Part shown: piece by piece, positions 37,984 to 48,669 of the stretch
Layout of the letters: each line of letters starts with the position of its first letter
Numbering within the stretch: position 1 is the stretch's first letter
Source: Takakia lepidozioides
Lineage: Eukaryota > Plantae > Bryophyta
Assembly (NCBI GenBank): GCA_030704615.1
Contig: CM060733.1
Span: 4,650,001-4,714,000, forward strand
Direction: 5' to 3'
Length of the DNA stretch: 64,000 nt
The notes under the pieces: generated by a model
The model's database searches: none
What the model saw: the letters and a program-made list of their open reading frames with translations, nothing else
What the model was told of the DNA's origin: nothing
Translations under genes and position numbers: made by a program

Positions 37984-39430
37984 ACACACTGTTTGAGCTG
38001 TACATGTCACTGCTTTTTTGGTGTTAAATTCGGACTTCTAGGGCAGGTTTATGATGATGAAATAACCATTCCGTGGCAGCTCAAACAGTGTGCGCCAACG
38101 CACACTGTTTGAGGTGAACATGTAAGTGTTTTTTTCGATTGAAATTCGGCATTTAGGGCACATTTCTGAGGATGAAATAACCATTCAGTGGCAGCTCAAA
38201 CAGTGTGCGTTGGCGCACACTGTTTGAGCTGTACATGTCACTGCTTTTTTGGTGTTAAATTCGGACTTCCAGGGCAGGTTTATGATGATGAAATAACCAT
38301 TTAGTGGCAGCTCAAACAGTGTGCGTTGGCGCACACTGTTTGAGTTGAACATGTAAGTGTTTTTTCCGATTGAAATTCGGCATTTAGGGCACGTTTCTGA
38401 GGATGAAATAACCATTCAGTGGCAGCTCAAACAGTGTGCGCCAACGCACACTGTTTGAGATGAACATGTAAGTGTTTTTTCCGATTGAAATTCGGCATTT
38501 AGGGCACGTTTCTGAGGATGAAATAACCATTCAGTGGCAGCTCAAACAGTGTGCGCCAACGCACACTGTTTGAGCTGTACATGTCACTGCTTTTTTGGTG
38601 TTAAATTCGGACTTCCAGGGCAGGTTTATGATGATGAAATAACCATTCAGTGGCAGCTCAAACAGTGTGCGTTGGCGCACACTGTTTGAGCTGAACATGT
38701 AAGTGTTTTTTCCGATTGAAATTCGGCATTTAGGGCACGTTTCTGAGGATGAAATAACCATTCGGTGGCAGCTCAAACAGTGTGCGCCAACGCACACTGT
38801 TTGAGGTGAACATGTAAGTGTTTTTTCCGATTGAAATTCGGCATTTAGGGCACGTTTCTGAGGATGAAATAACCATTCAGTGGCAGCTCAAACAGTGTGC
38901 GCCAACGCACACTGTTTGAGGTGAACATGTAAGTGTTTTTTCCGATTGAAATTCGGACTTCCAGGGCAGGTTTATGATGATGAAATAACCATTCAGTGGC
39001 AGCTCAAACAGTGTGCGTTGGCGCACACTGTTTGAGCTGAACATGTAAGTGTTTTTTCCGATTGAAATTCGGCATTTAGGGCACGTTTCTGAGGATGAAG
39101 TAATCCCTCACTGGCAGTTCAAACAGTGTGCGTCAACGCACACTGTTTGAGCTGTACATGTCACACTGTTCGAACTCACCTTTTCACTTTTTTCATCCAA
39201 AATCGGCCGCATATCTTGGAGTTTACAATGAACACTTACCTGGCACAAGTAGATGTTCAATGATCATTTACATGGCAAGTGAAACAGTGTGCGTCAACGC
39301 ACACTGTTTGAGCCCACTTTTACATTGTCTATTTCTGTGTAATTCGGCAACATAGGACATGTCTGTGAGGGTCAATGTACACTTACCTAGCAGCTTAAAA
39401 TACTGTGCGTCAACGCACACTCTTTGAGCC
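37984..39430. repeat. Tandem array of 115/116-bp units, each with a 34-bp palindrome CTCAAACAGTGTGCG-N4-CGCACACTGTTTGAG
   Basis: Palindromes start at 38080, 38195, 38311, 38426, 38541, 38657, 38772, 38887, 39003 and 39118; degenerate copies near 39280 and 39395; half site near 37984. Two linker types give a 346-bp higher-order period. Confidence 0.95.
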
Positions 39431-39503
39431 CACTTTTTCATGCCTAAGCCGACGTTTCATGCCTCTCTAATATCAAGTTGAATGAACAACCCTGCAGGAG
39501 AAG

Positions 39504-42500
39504 ATGCAAAGTGTGGCAGATGAGGTCCCTTCGGGTCAGGAGAAGGAGATAATTGTTGATGTGGACGATGAGTTCTATGAAAGCAAAGCCGCTGAGATGC
39601 TGGGGGGTCAGAAGGTAAACTCTCAGCTTGTGGTGCAAAGTATGCTTGCCCCGGGTGGGAGGTTGAAGATTCCCCTGTGTAGGTTGGTTTCCATGCCCGT
39701 CGTTCGTACACCCCTCGTCAAGGACATTCTCAAGCTGGAGGCCGAGTTTGTGCATGGGTATTTGGATGGATCCGCAGTCTTTTACGTTTCTACTAGGGAT
39801 TCCAAAGGTAATGAGCTCCTCGTGGATCAGTCAATCGTGGACTCCTGGGACCCCATTTGGAGACAGCTGAACGAATCCTTCGAACTTCTTCTCTCCAGGA
39901 AACCTTCCACCCAGGCATTCTCGGGAAAGATGTTTCACGTTTGGGATGGGAACCACCGCTTGCTTGCATGGATGGCTGTCATTGGGAGGCTGCACTCACA
40001 GGAGGAAGAGTGGCATTACTCTGTTCGATCGATGGTGCTGGATTGTGACGGGAACATGATGGGTCTTCTGACGGCAATGAATGATGTGAACAGGTTGGTT
40101 TCTCATTCTACATGTTCCACTTGTGGTTCCGTTCTTCTTTGATTGAAGACCTTGAATTTCATTCTGACTTACAGATATCATTCTGCAGAGGAACGGAGAC
40201 ATCGCATGTCAAAACGAGTTTGGTTCACACACTGTATAGGATACAAAGGATAGGGCAGATGCCCTTGACCAACTTCAAGACCATCCTTTCAGCAGAGATG
40301 TACAAGAAGTGCGAAAGCTCCAAGACATCGGAAACGTGGTACTCGTTGACCCGTGAGGCTTTCATGGAGTACATGTACACGGTGAGATACATCTTCCTTC
40401 ATCTGGTCTTCCATATTCCACATGTTTGTTTCTGTTTGTTTCCCTTGACCTTGTGCTGATGCAACTCTCTTGCATTCCCTTGCAGCAAGACATTGCAGAT
40501 GCAGGGGAGCGTGGCAAACTGGAATACTACAGCTCTACCCCTGAGGAGAGAAGGACAACAAAGGGGGTTGAGAGTTGCATCCAGAAAGAGATGACCGCTA
40601 CAAGAAGGACTATAATGAGTGCTTTCGTGAAGCAGTTGAGAATTGCCGACCCATCATTCGGACCGCAGTTTCTCCTGGAGATAAAAAACCATTATAACAA
40701 GCCAGGCAAGCCAGAAATGGCCCAGGAGAAGTTGCACATGCTGTCTACCGCCGTTGTGTCTCTAGAACAAAAGGTGAAGTGGCTGCAGATATGGAACTCC
40801 GATCCCACAGTTAGGGATACCCACATGTTCCCAAGGCCGGAGAAAGAGAAGAAGACCCAGCGTGTCATTCCTGTCAGTGACAATGTGCTGGACACCTGGC
40901 TTCACAAGACTACTTACTGGAGCTAGGTGTGATGTCCTTCCCTGTGTCACTGTCTTTTCTCTTTTCCTGTCCTTATCTTTCTATTGCCTCTTACATTCGC
41001 TGTGATTGCTTTTGGTTTCATTCTTGCATTTGTATTGTTTTGCAGTTGGAAGAAAGGGCCAGATCGGTTCTGCATACTCAACTGGCTGACTATGGCATCA
41101 GTATGATAGCACCGAAGGTGTCCTTCGAAGCATACATGAGGAAATGGAGAGCCACAGTGTGGCACTCTTGTTTCTTTAGAGAGTTCAGCAAGGAGGGTGG
41201 CATCAGTCGAACAAATGAGCTGGACCAGCAAGAAAAAGGAGAGGAAGCCTGGAAACGATGCCTTTACAGGTGCACACTCTTACACTACTTATTTGTGCTG
41301 TGGTTGCAATGTGTTGTGTGGCATACTGTTTAAGGGGGTCTTCCTGGTGTGATGGAAAAGTTGCCACACAATATTTCCATTGTAAAATGAGGCTGTCTCT
41401 GTTGCTGCAGGTACATAAAGTTTGTTCTCCTGGAAGAGAATTGCCTGGACAAACATCCAGATTTTGTGGACCTGTGGCTTGTCCCTGCTGGCAACCAGAC
41501 CATGTTCACTACTGGGATCTTGCATGACTGGGGCCCAGACCATCTTTCTTCTTGTGGTTGGTATTTGGATTGCCCTCCTTCTGAGACCCCAGCTCCAGAG
41601 GTGTCTTTGAGGAGAGAGAATGACCGTATTGCAGCCACTGCCGCAGCAGCCAACCTCGACATTCATGAACGAAATTTGAGGACTCTTGCAGAGAAGGAGC
41701 CTCCCGCTCACGATACCCCAGGTAGAGGAAGAAAGGCAAAGGGAAAAGATGTTGCTGGTGTTGTGGGGAAGGGAAGGGGTAGAGGGAAGGTGGCACAAAG
41801 GCAGGGAAGTGTTGCAGATATTGGCCCTGTGGAGCATGTCCAGCAGACTCCACCGCATGGTAGGGGATCCGGGAGAAAAAACAAGGGGGTGGTTGATCCC
41901 AAGGACCCGTACCATGCAGTGGAACATCCCACGAGGGTCATTCGCCCAACCAGGTTGGAGATGACCAACGTCGAGTTCCTTGCCATGATGGAGTCGAAGA
42001 AATCTGATTACAAGGGCGAGCCATCACCAGTGTGGGACAGGATTGTGCAGTTCCTCAGCACGGTGCGTGTTCTCTTTGGGTTCTGTGGCTTCTGTTGTTT
42101 CTGTCTGCTGTGGGCATGGATCGTTTCTAAACTTGTGAGAATTCCATTGTATTTTTGTTTGCAGGCTAAAATGACCAAATCCTGGGTGAACGGGAAGGAG
42201 AAGCCATATGCAGCCGAACTCATCATCTTGGACATCCCTGATGGGTTGGCAGTCCCGGATATCCCTCCATCGGGTGCTTGTCCGGGTTGGAATGCTTTTG
42301 ATGAGCGCTACTGGCGGTGGATTTTCTCCTTTTGCAACTTCTTCCTGTCCGATGCAGGTGTTTTGGTGCTCATCCAGTCCATCGACGGTCGGTGTCGCCG
42401 TGCACTTTCCAGCTATTTGAAAGCCTCGGGCATGAGAGTCGTGAAGACATGGAATTGTGTGAACAGCATGTACCTTATGAAGGGGGATCGCCCGGGAGAG

Positions 42501-43601
42501 ATGGTGAGTTTGCCTTCTTCTTCCTCTTCTTGGTTGTTCTCCGATGGGGTTGTATAGGTCGCTCGAACTCATATGTAGGGGCCCGATTTTTTTTTGCTTC
42601 TTAGTTCCTTGTGGATGTTATGTTCGCAGACCCGTCTGTTTGAAGCTGTTTGTCTCGTCCGGGTGCATCCACAAACGACTCCGGCCGGCATTACCGAGTT
42701 TGCCATCACTCATGGGACCAAGTTCATAGATGACAGGACAGATCCCCCCACGGATGACATGCATCACAACTACGTCGACAGCAACGTGTGCTTGCGAAGG
42801 GGGAATGGGGTTCCTTGGAGAGGGGCGAGGGAGAGGAGTCCGGCTTTCATTCAAACGATTGTGGAGTGCTGCACCTACACAGACGCCAGATTTGTCGATG
42901 GGCACAGGTTCGTCTCTTCAACATTCACATTTCATGAGGTTTGATTGAGCTTGCACTTTCAGCACTTCCCACCGTTCCGAATGTGTCTTCAATGTCTTCT
43001 TCATTCATTCTATTCCACTGCAGGTGCTTCTTACCACGCTTGCAAGGCCAGTGCGCGACATGTCTTTGGGATTGAAGGGGATGCTGAGATTTACAAGAAC
43101 CTCCTGATGGGTTTGGGTGGACACACTTCTCAAGTCCTTCCGAAGCCCCGTCCCGTTGATACTGATACAGAGGAGACTTCTGACAAGGAGCTGGACTCCG
43201 ACTTTGCCTGTGAGTAAGTTCAACCTGTGCATGCTTTCATTGTTGTTTCAATATCGAGAGTCGCTGTTCTTCAGGCAAAGTGCACATGGGAGACATCCTC
43301 TTTGTTGGACTTGTGCATTGCATCATTGTGTTAAAAATGGGGTTTTGTGGACATGTGCAGGAGTCCGCGTGCTTCCACTTGCCCTCCAGGGCTATCACAC
43401 CTATTTGGACTTGTTTGCAGTCCTCCTCGGTCTTGCGTGCTACCTGTCTATGCGGAGGCACTCGCAGCAAGCATGTCCGTTCATGGCACTCCGAGTCCAC
43501 CTTACGACGGCCTTCGTAGAACACGTGGTGTTGGGGCCATAATCTTTGTAGATGACATAGCACAGGAGGTGGACACTGATTGTGATGACTGCGACACTTG
43601 A
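39504..43601 (+). pseudogene. ParB/Srx-like domain fused to a beta-class N6-adenine/N4-cytosine DNA methyltransferase; 9 exons, about 1050 codons
   Basis: Phase-consistent GT-AG exons 39504-40093, 40189-40381, 40486-40926, 41046-41269, 41411-42062, 42165-42503, 42630-42907, 43024-43213, 43361-43601. ParB: KIPLCRLV..VR..FHVWDGNHRLLAW. MTase motif IV-like ELIILDIPDG, then ERSPAFIQTIVECCT..DLSMGTGASYHACKASARHVFGIEGD (motifs X-I-II). TAG at 40924 and a frameshift near 42888. Confidence 0.8.
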
Positions 43602-45654
43602 TATGAAGTTTTCTTTTGGTTTAATTCTGGGCCAAATTTGAAATGGGATGGTTGTGTGTCCTTGTTGTCCTGTTTGCAATGTGTGCGTGGAATTCACATT
43701 CATGGTTACAAACTATTGTTGGAGATGGGGGTTGCATGGACTGCCTGGATTGTTTCTTCAATCTATTTGATGTTTTGTGGACCTCACAGACTGGAGTACA
43801 TTGCGAAAACAAACAAACCACTTTGGTTCGTGTAGAGCATTCTCGCATCATTTGCTAGTTGGTCCCCAAACTATTCATGCTAGAAGAATGGTTGGTGAAT
43901 CCATCACGGTGAAGTCCACCTCATCAAAAACTATTCAGACATTCTCAATTCTACCCACATCAACCCGCGGAAATAGGTGACACCACTCGGAAATAGGTGA
44001 CATCCGCGGAAATAGGCACTGTTTGCATGCTGACGTGGCGTGAGCCTGTGCTGGGCTCACGCTTTCCTGGGCTCACAGGCTCACGCCTCCGGGCTCACGG
44101 AATAGCACCCCCCGGAATTTGGTTGAAGGGCATAATCATAGCCCGATTGTACTCCAGTGCACCAGGAGTCCTAGGTGGGTGAAAAGCAGCATCCTCCCAA
44201 ACCTCAGCCTGTGGCATTGCCACGGTATCAACAGTGTCAGCCACTTGCACAGCCACCGGCTGTGGGGGCTGTGATATTGCCTCCACTGTCCCTCCTATTA
44301 CTGGCATTTCTTGTACCTCTTGTGATAAAGACTGAAAAACCAGGGTCCTGGCATGCAAATAAGTAGCCACCAACTGCTCCTCAGGAACAAAGACTCGTTT
44401 GTCAATGTTGGAACTCAAGTCATCTACTTGAGTCTGCAGCCCTTCCACATCTACATCCTGTAACTCTGTTATCCTACTATAGACATTGTCTATAATAGTT
44501 GTGGCAATGTTCTGCACCTACAACCTGAGATCATTCATCTCCCCCTGAGTGAGCTTTCGTGATGCCTTCCCTTCCACCGGCCCTTGTGTTAACCATACTT
44601 GCATAAAATGATTATCCACCAAGTCTTGTGTAGCACCCCGAAGAGCCTGTTCCTCCTTAAGTCTGTACACATCTAACTGCTGCTGTAAGGCCTTTCATGC
44701 GCTTTGCATGAGGTTCAACCAGGCCCGCATAGGCAGCAGCCAGATTATTGGCTTCCTTCCAAGCCTTGTTAGCCACAGAGAGTTCATTCTTGTGGCCCGT
44801 GAGTGATTGCTGCAATTGTAGGATGAACCTTTCTTTCTCAGCCTCAACCTGACTGTACTGTTGGAAAGTATCTTCATTGCGACGGAGAGTAGCCTTCAGA
44901 TCAGCAATAAGTTTCCCCTGCTCTATTGTCTCAGCCTCTGCCATCATACATCTCTCTGCTTGTCTGTTAACTTCTAATGCAGTTTGCTCCAGAGTAGTTG
45001 TTAGTGTAGCACATTGTATGGTCATTCTCTGATGAACTGTCTCCAACTCTGTATGAAGCACCTTCACTTCCTGCAATTTGCCCTCATGCTTCACCTGCAA
45101 TTGGTATAGCTGCTGCTTATGCGCTTTATGCAACTTCCCCTACTCCAGACCCGCTTCAATCAGATTCCCCTTTGTTAGCTGCAGGGTAGCCTTGGTGTCC
45201 TCCAATTCTTTCTGCAACTTAAGGTTGGCCTCCACATCCACCTTGTTTGCACACTCAATGACAATTCTAGCCTCAAACTCCTGCTTGAGTTCCTCTCTCA
45301 AAGCTGCCAATTGTGTAGATGGAACATGAGACTTCACATATGTGCCCAACAAATTGAGTGTTCTGCTTATGAAACTCATAAGCATGGCCTGCTGTGGGTC
45401 TTCATGGGAACCCTGTTGGTGGTCACCCTGATTCTCCACAGTGTGATGTTTCACCAACCATTCAGGCCATGTTCCCACAAGATCTTCGTCCTGAACGACC
45501 TCATTCTCCACAGGTGCTGCAGTGCCCCTACCTTCTATCTCTGAAACCTCCTCCACAGGTTTAGGCATCACATGTACAGCAGGAATTTCCTCGGTCAAAC
45601 TCTGCATCTTTCATTAGGCCGCGAATCATGAGACGAGTTATCACCCGACACCCG

Positions 45655-45877
45655 TTTTTTTAATTTATTTTTTAATGTAATGGAAACATCTGGGAGCGAC
45701 AGCTCACAAATCAGGCCCCCCTTAATAGTATAACCTCTTTCACATTAACCCCGCCATGTGGCGTTGGAATGGGACACCACCTAGGAACATACCACACTCG
45801 TCAGTAGCAAGATTTGACCCCATCATCATCTTGGTAGCACTCAGTGCACTTCACCAACTGAGCTACTGACTGTTGGT
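45655..45877 (-). mobile_element. tRNA-derived SINE of a different family
   Basis: GTCAGTAGCTCAGTTGG (A-box) ... GGGTCAAATC (B-box-like) ... CTACTGAC closing stem, unrelated body, A-rich tail; TSD not found. Confidence 0.55.
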
Positions 45878-46525
45878 ATCTCATTCAACTCTTACTAAAC
45901 GTCGAGTGAACAGTGGAACTTGCTTTATGACCCAAATAGAAACTGTTTTTTCTCCTGAAGTTTATACATAATGTTTCTTTATTGCTCATATTATATATTA
46001 ATAGACAAACAATTATACATATATATATAATGATCCATTTAAATTCATTTAAATGCTTTAAAAAATACATATTCAGATATTTCTCCTTATTTCTGGACCA
46101 AACTTTAGTCCAGATTTACTTAAAATTGTGTTTAGTTCTAGAATCACCTAGCATACAAGAAACGAGGTTGGATTGGAGGCATAACCTTTAAGCAGCAGAG
46201 ATATGGAGCGTGGGCCGAGTACTTGACGAGCTGTCTTCTGGAACCCAAGTGGAACAATACACCACCCTCAGCACCTTGTGTGACTGTAACTTATAGATCC
46301 CCAATGCCAGCCACTCCCAACCGTCAGCTCCTTTGAGCCAAAAACCAACGCGGGTGGTGTCACCATCTCTTCAGGTGCGTGAAAGCACAGTCGAGTTTGA
46401 ACAGTCACTCAATCTCTCAAACGCACTCGGGCGAACCACTCGTTGTGAAGCAAAGGTAGTACCCACACCCAAGACCACTAGATCAGACGATTGCACTATC
46501 AAGGCCCTACCCTTTAGACCATCAA

Positions 46526-47461
46526 TTAACTATAATAAGTAAGTGCCAAGGCGCAGGGCCGGAGCTGAAACCACAGTGCCCTCAAGACCAAAGCCCCCGT
46601 GCCTTGTACCATTAATGACAACCAACTTCGCCCTACCACACCACGGCCATGATGAAGCTCTGCACTTCGAACACCAGAAAGAGGTAAATACAAGTCAAGT
46701 TCCAACCAGGTCAATTCATGATGGTGCAGAAAACGCGACTTGATCGTCCTGGACGGTAGACGCTCTTCGTTGCGTAGCTCAAATTCGCGTTTAGCAAGCT
46801 GTCTGGCTCTAGATACCACCGCATCAGGCTCAAGCAAAGGTCGCGTGAACAGGGCCTCGTGATGACTGGTTAGTGCAGCAAGATCACCTACGACAGCTGT
46901 CTCTACACGCTCAAACCAAAGTTGATCTTCGTCACATATCTCACACAACAGATCATCCGCTTCCTGCGACAACTCAATATCTCTCTCTAACTCTGCTGCT
47001 TGCTGCCTACTTTCGAAATATTCAGGGCCTGGATCCACAAAGTTGTCGAAATTATAGTATTCCGGGTCAAAGTTATCTAGAGAGCTGTCAGACTTCTTAA
47101 ACCTTGGCGACCACGCCTCTGCCTCCCCCAGATTGTCATAATCACTACCACCAGGAGAACCCAATGAAACAACAAGGGCTGGAACGCAAGCAGCATACTC
47201 ATGAAGTGACGACGCTTGCAAGGCAACACTGCTAGGCCGCGCGCCGTTGGTAGTGTTAGCAACAACAAGAACGTCAGCAGGGTGAGAAACAACGGGAGGA
47301 GCAACAATAACAACACCAGCAGAATGAAAAGCGGCAGCAGGGTCAACCTCTACACTAGGATTAGCTTCAACAGTAACTGCCACGCTAATCTGAAGAAATA
47401 GGCTCTCCCCCTCTCCGTGAGCTACACAAGACAAGTCACGAACAGCAGCCATCCCCTGCAA
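46526..47461 (-). other. 311-codon ORF of unknown identity, possibly TE-derived
   Basis: Long open frame with an acidic central region; no recognised motif; TTG start. Confidence 0.25.
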
Positions 47462-48669
47462 TCACACCCCAACGTTCATCGTTTGACGGCAAAATCGTAG
47501 CAGTAGGAGAAAATATGGCAAACCGAGGAGCCGCCATTGATAACACGCATTAGCGAACCACTTAGGCAGCAGGATGTAGAGCAGATCCCGCGAAAAGACC
47601 TAACTGATCCTGACAGCGCGGGCAGGATCCACCAATGCCTATAGTACCCGGCTTCTCCCCACCATAAAACAAACCTAAAGCATATACTCGTTTCCTCTAG
47701 TGAAGCAAGGTTGCACAACAAAGGGGCGAGCGGAAAGAGCAAGCAACGCGCGAGAGGAGGATCAAACACACGAATCAGGCACTAAGCAGCTCTCATCCAA
47801 AGCTTGTACACCAAAATCACATATACACCAACACCCGAGTACACCGCCTTGACCTTGTGTCAGGGCGCCGTCTTTATAAAAAAAAGCCCTAGCCGTAGTG
47901 CCGCGTGGCGAGGCATCACAGGCCAAAGCCTACGGCGCTGTCTTGTGGCCCTAGATCTGATGAAGGGCCAGGATCGAGCCACCTGCAAAAACTAACCCTA
48001 ACCTAGATATCATTGTAACGGTTTAACAACGGCTTCATACGCCAAAAAAAAATACTATGGATGTGTATTGCCGTTTTGGATGAAACGGGCTATTTTCAGG
48101 CTAAGCAAATATGGGGCTTTACAGCAGCGGGTGCAGGAGAAGCACGGGTGAAAAATAATTAGGTTTTAAAAGCACAGAAATGAAGAACGCGCAACTTACC
48201 CTCCACATCCCTTCAGTTTTCAGGATTTCACCGTTTTGTTGTGCACGTGACAAAAAGTTCTCACGTACCAATAAAAAGTGCAAAATGGATGACAATGGCA
48301 AGGGTAAAAACGTAAAAACGGGTATCGCTATAACTGTTCCCCTCCTTTTGGATGTTTCAAACTTCCACGCCTCAAGTTTCTTCCCTGGCTTCTCGTCTTG
48401 AACAAATATTCCTCCTTCCTTGTTGCGCAGTTGCTCTGAAATTGGAGGACCGTGAATTAGTATCCCTGACATGTCTCTCAATTTCCAAGGGCCAAGTCTG
48501 AAGAAAGGTGAAGGTGTATCTACAAGGCAACCTGTGTGTGCCACATTAAGTTATCTCGAACTCAGACGTGGAAAATCGAGGGTCAATTTTGAATTTGGTA
48601 TTCAAAGAGCGCTGGCGGTATAATTTGGCACAGGGAAGGGGATTGCCGTAGTCTGGCCAGGAAACTGAA

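Larger units (their letters stand above)
34227..44113. mobile_element. Mutator-superfamily (MULE-like) DNA transposon, 9887 bp, two divergent genes
   Basis: 9-bp TSD GGAATTTGG at 34218-34226 and 44114-44122; imperfect ends GAGCGTAGCTACGGCGTGAGCCC and (revcomp) GGGGGGTGCTATTCCGTGAGCCC; clustered subterminal CGTGAGC motifs; host ORF restored on excision. Confidence 0.9.
33233..45607 (-). pseudogene. Antisense accessory ORF of the gypsy element (coiled-coil N-terminal half), interrupted by the 34227-44113 insertion
   Basis: ...MIMPFNQIP at 44114 reads on as IVMDLAWKEF at 34217 once the insert and one TSD are removed, then reaches ORF 33233-33970 through two stops; heptad-rich ORFs 44657-45607 lie upstream. 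Confidence 0.7.
32251..45610 (+). mobile_element. Gypsy family B 3' region with antisense ORF, split by the Mutator-like element
   Basis: About 32308-32990 is the reverse complement of 12685-13369; followed by antisense coding blocks at 33233-34226 and 44114-45607. Confidence 0.7.

Noticed and set aside
37984-39430. CRISPR array
   Set aside because: Repeats are palindromic and 34 bp, but the linkers are about 81 bp and of only two recurring types, no cas genes are present, and the context is eukaryotic.
34227-44113. Bacterial contamination or a recent prophage fragment
   Set aside because: The ParB-MTase gene has eight phase-consistent spliceosomal introns, and the element has a TSD inside a plant retroelement ORF.
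45600-47800. 3' LTR matching 22618 onward
   Set aside because: No second copy of the putative LTR found; the composite appears truncated near 45610.
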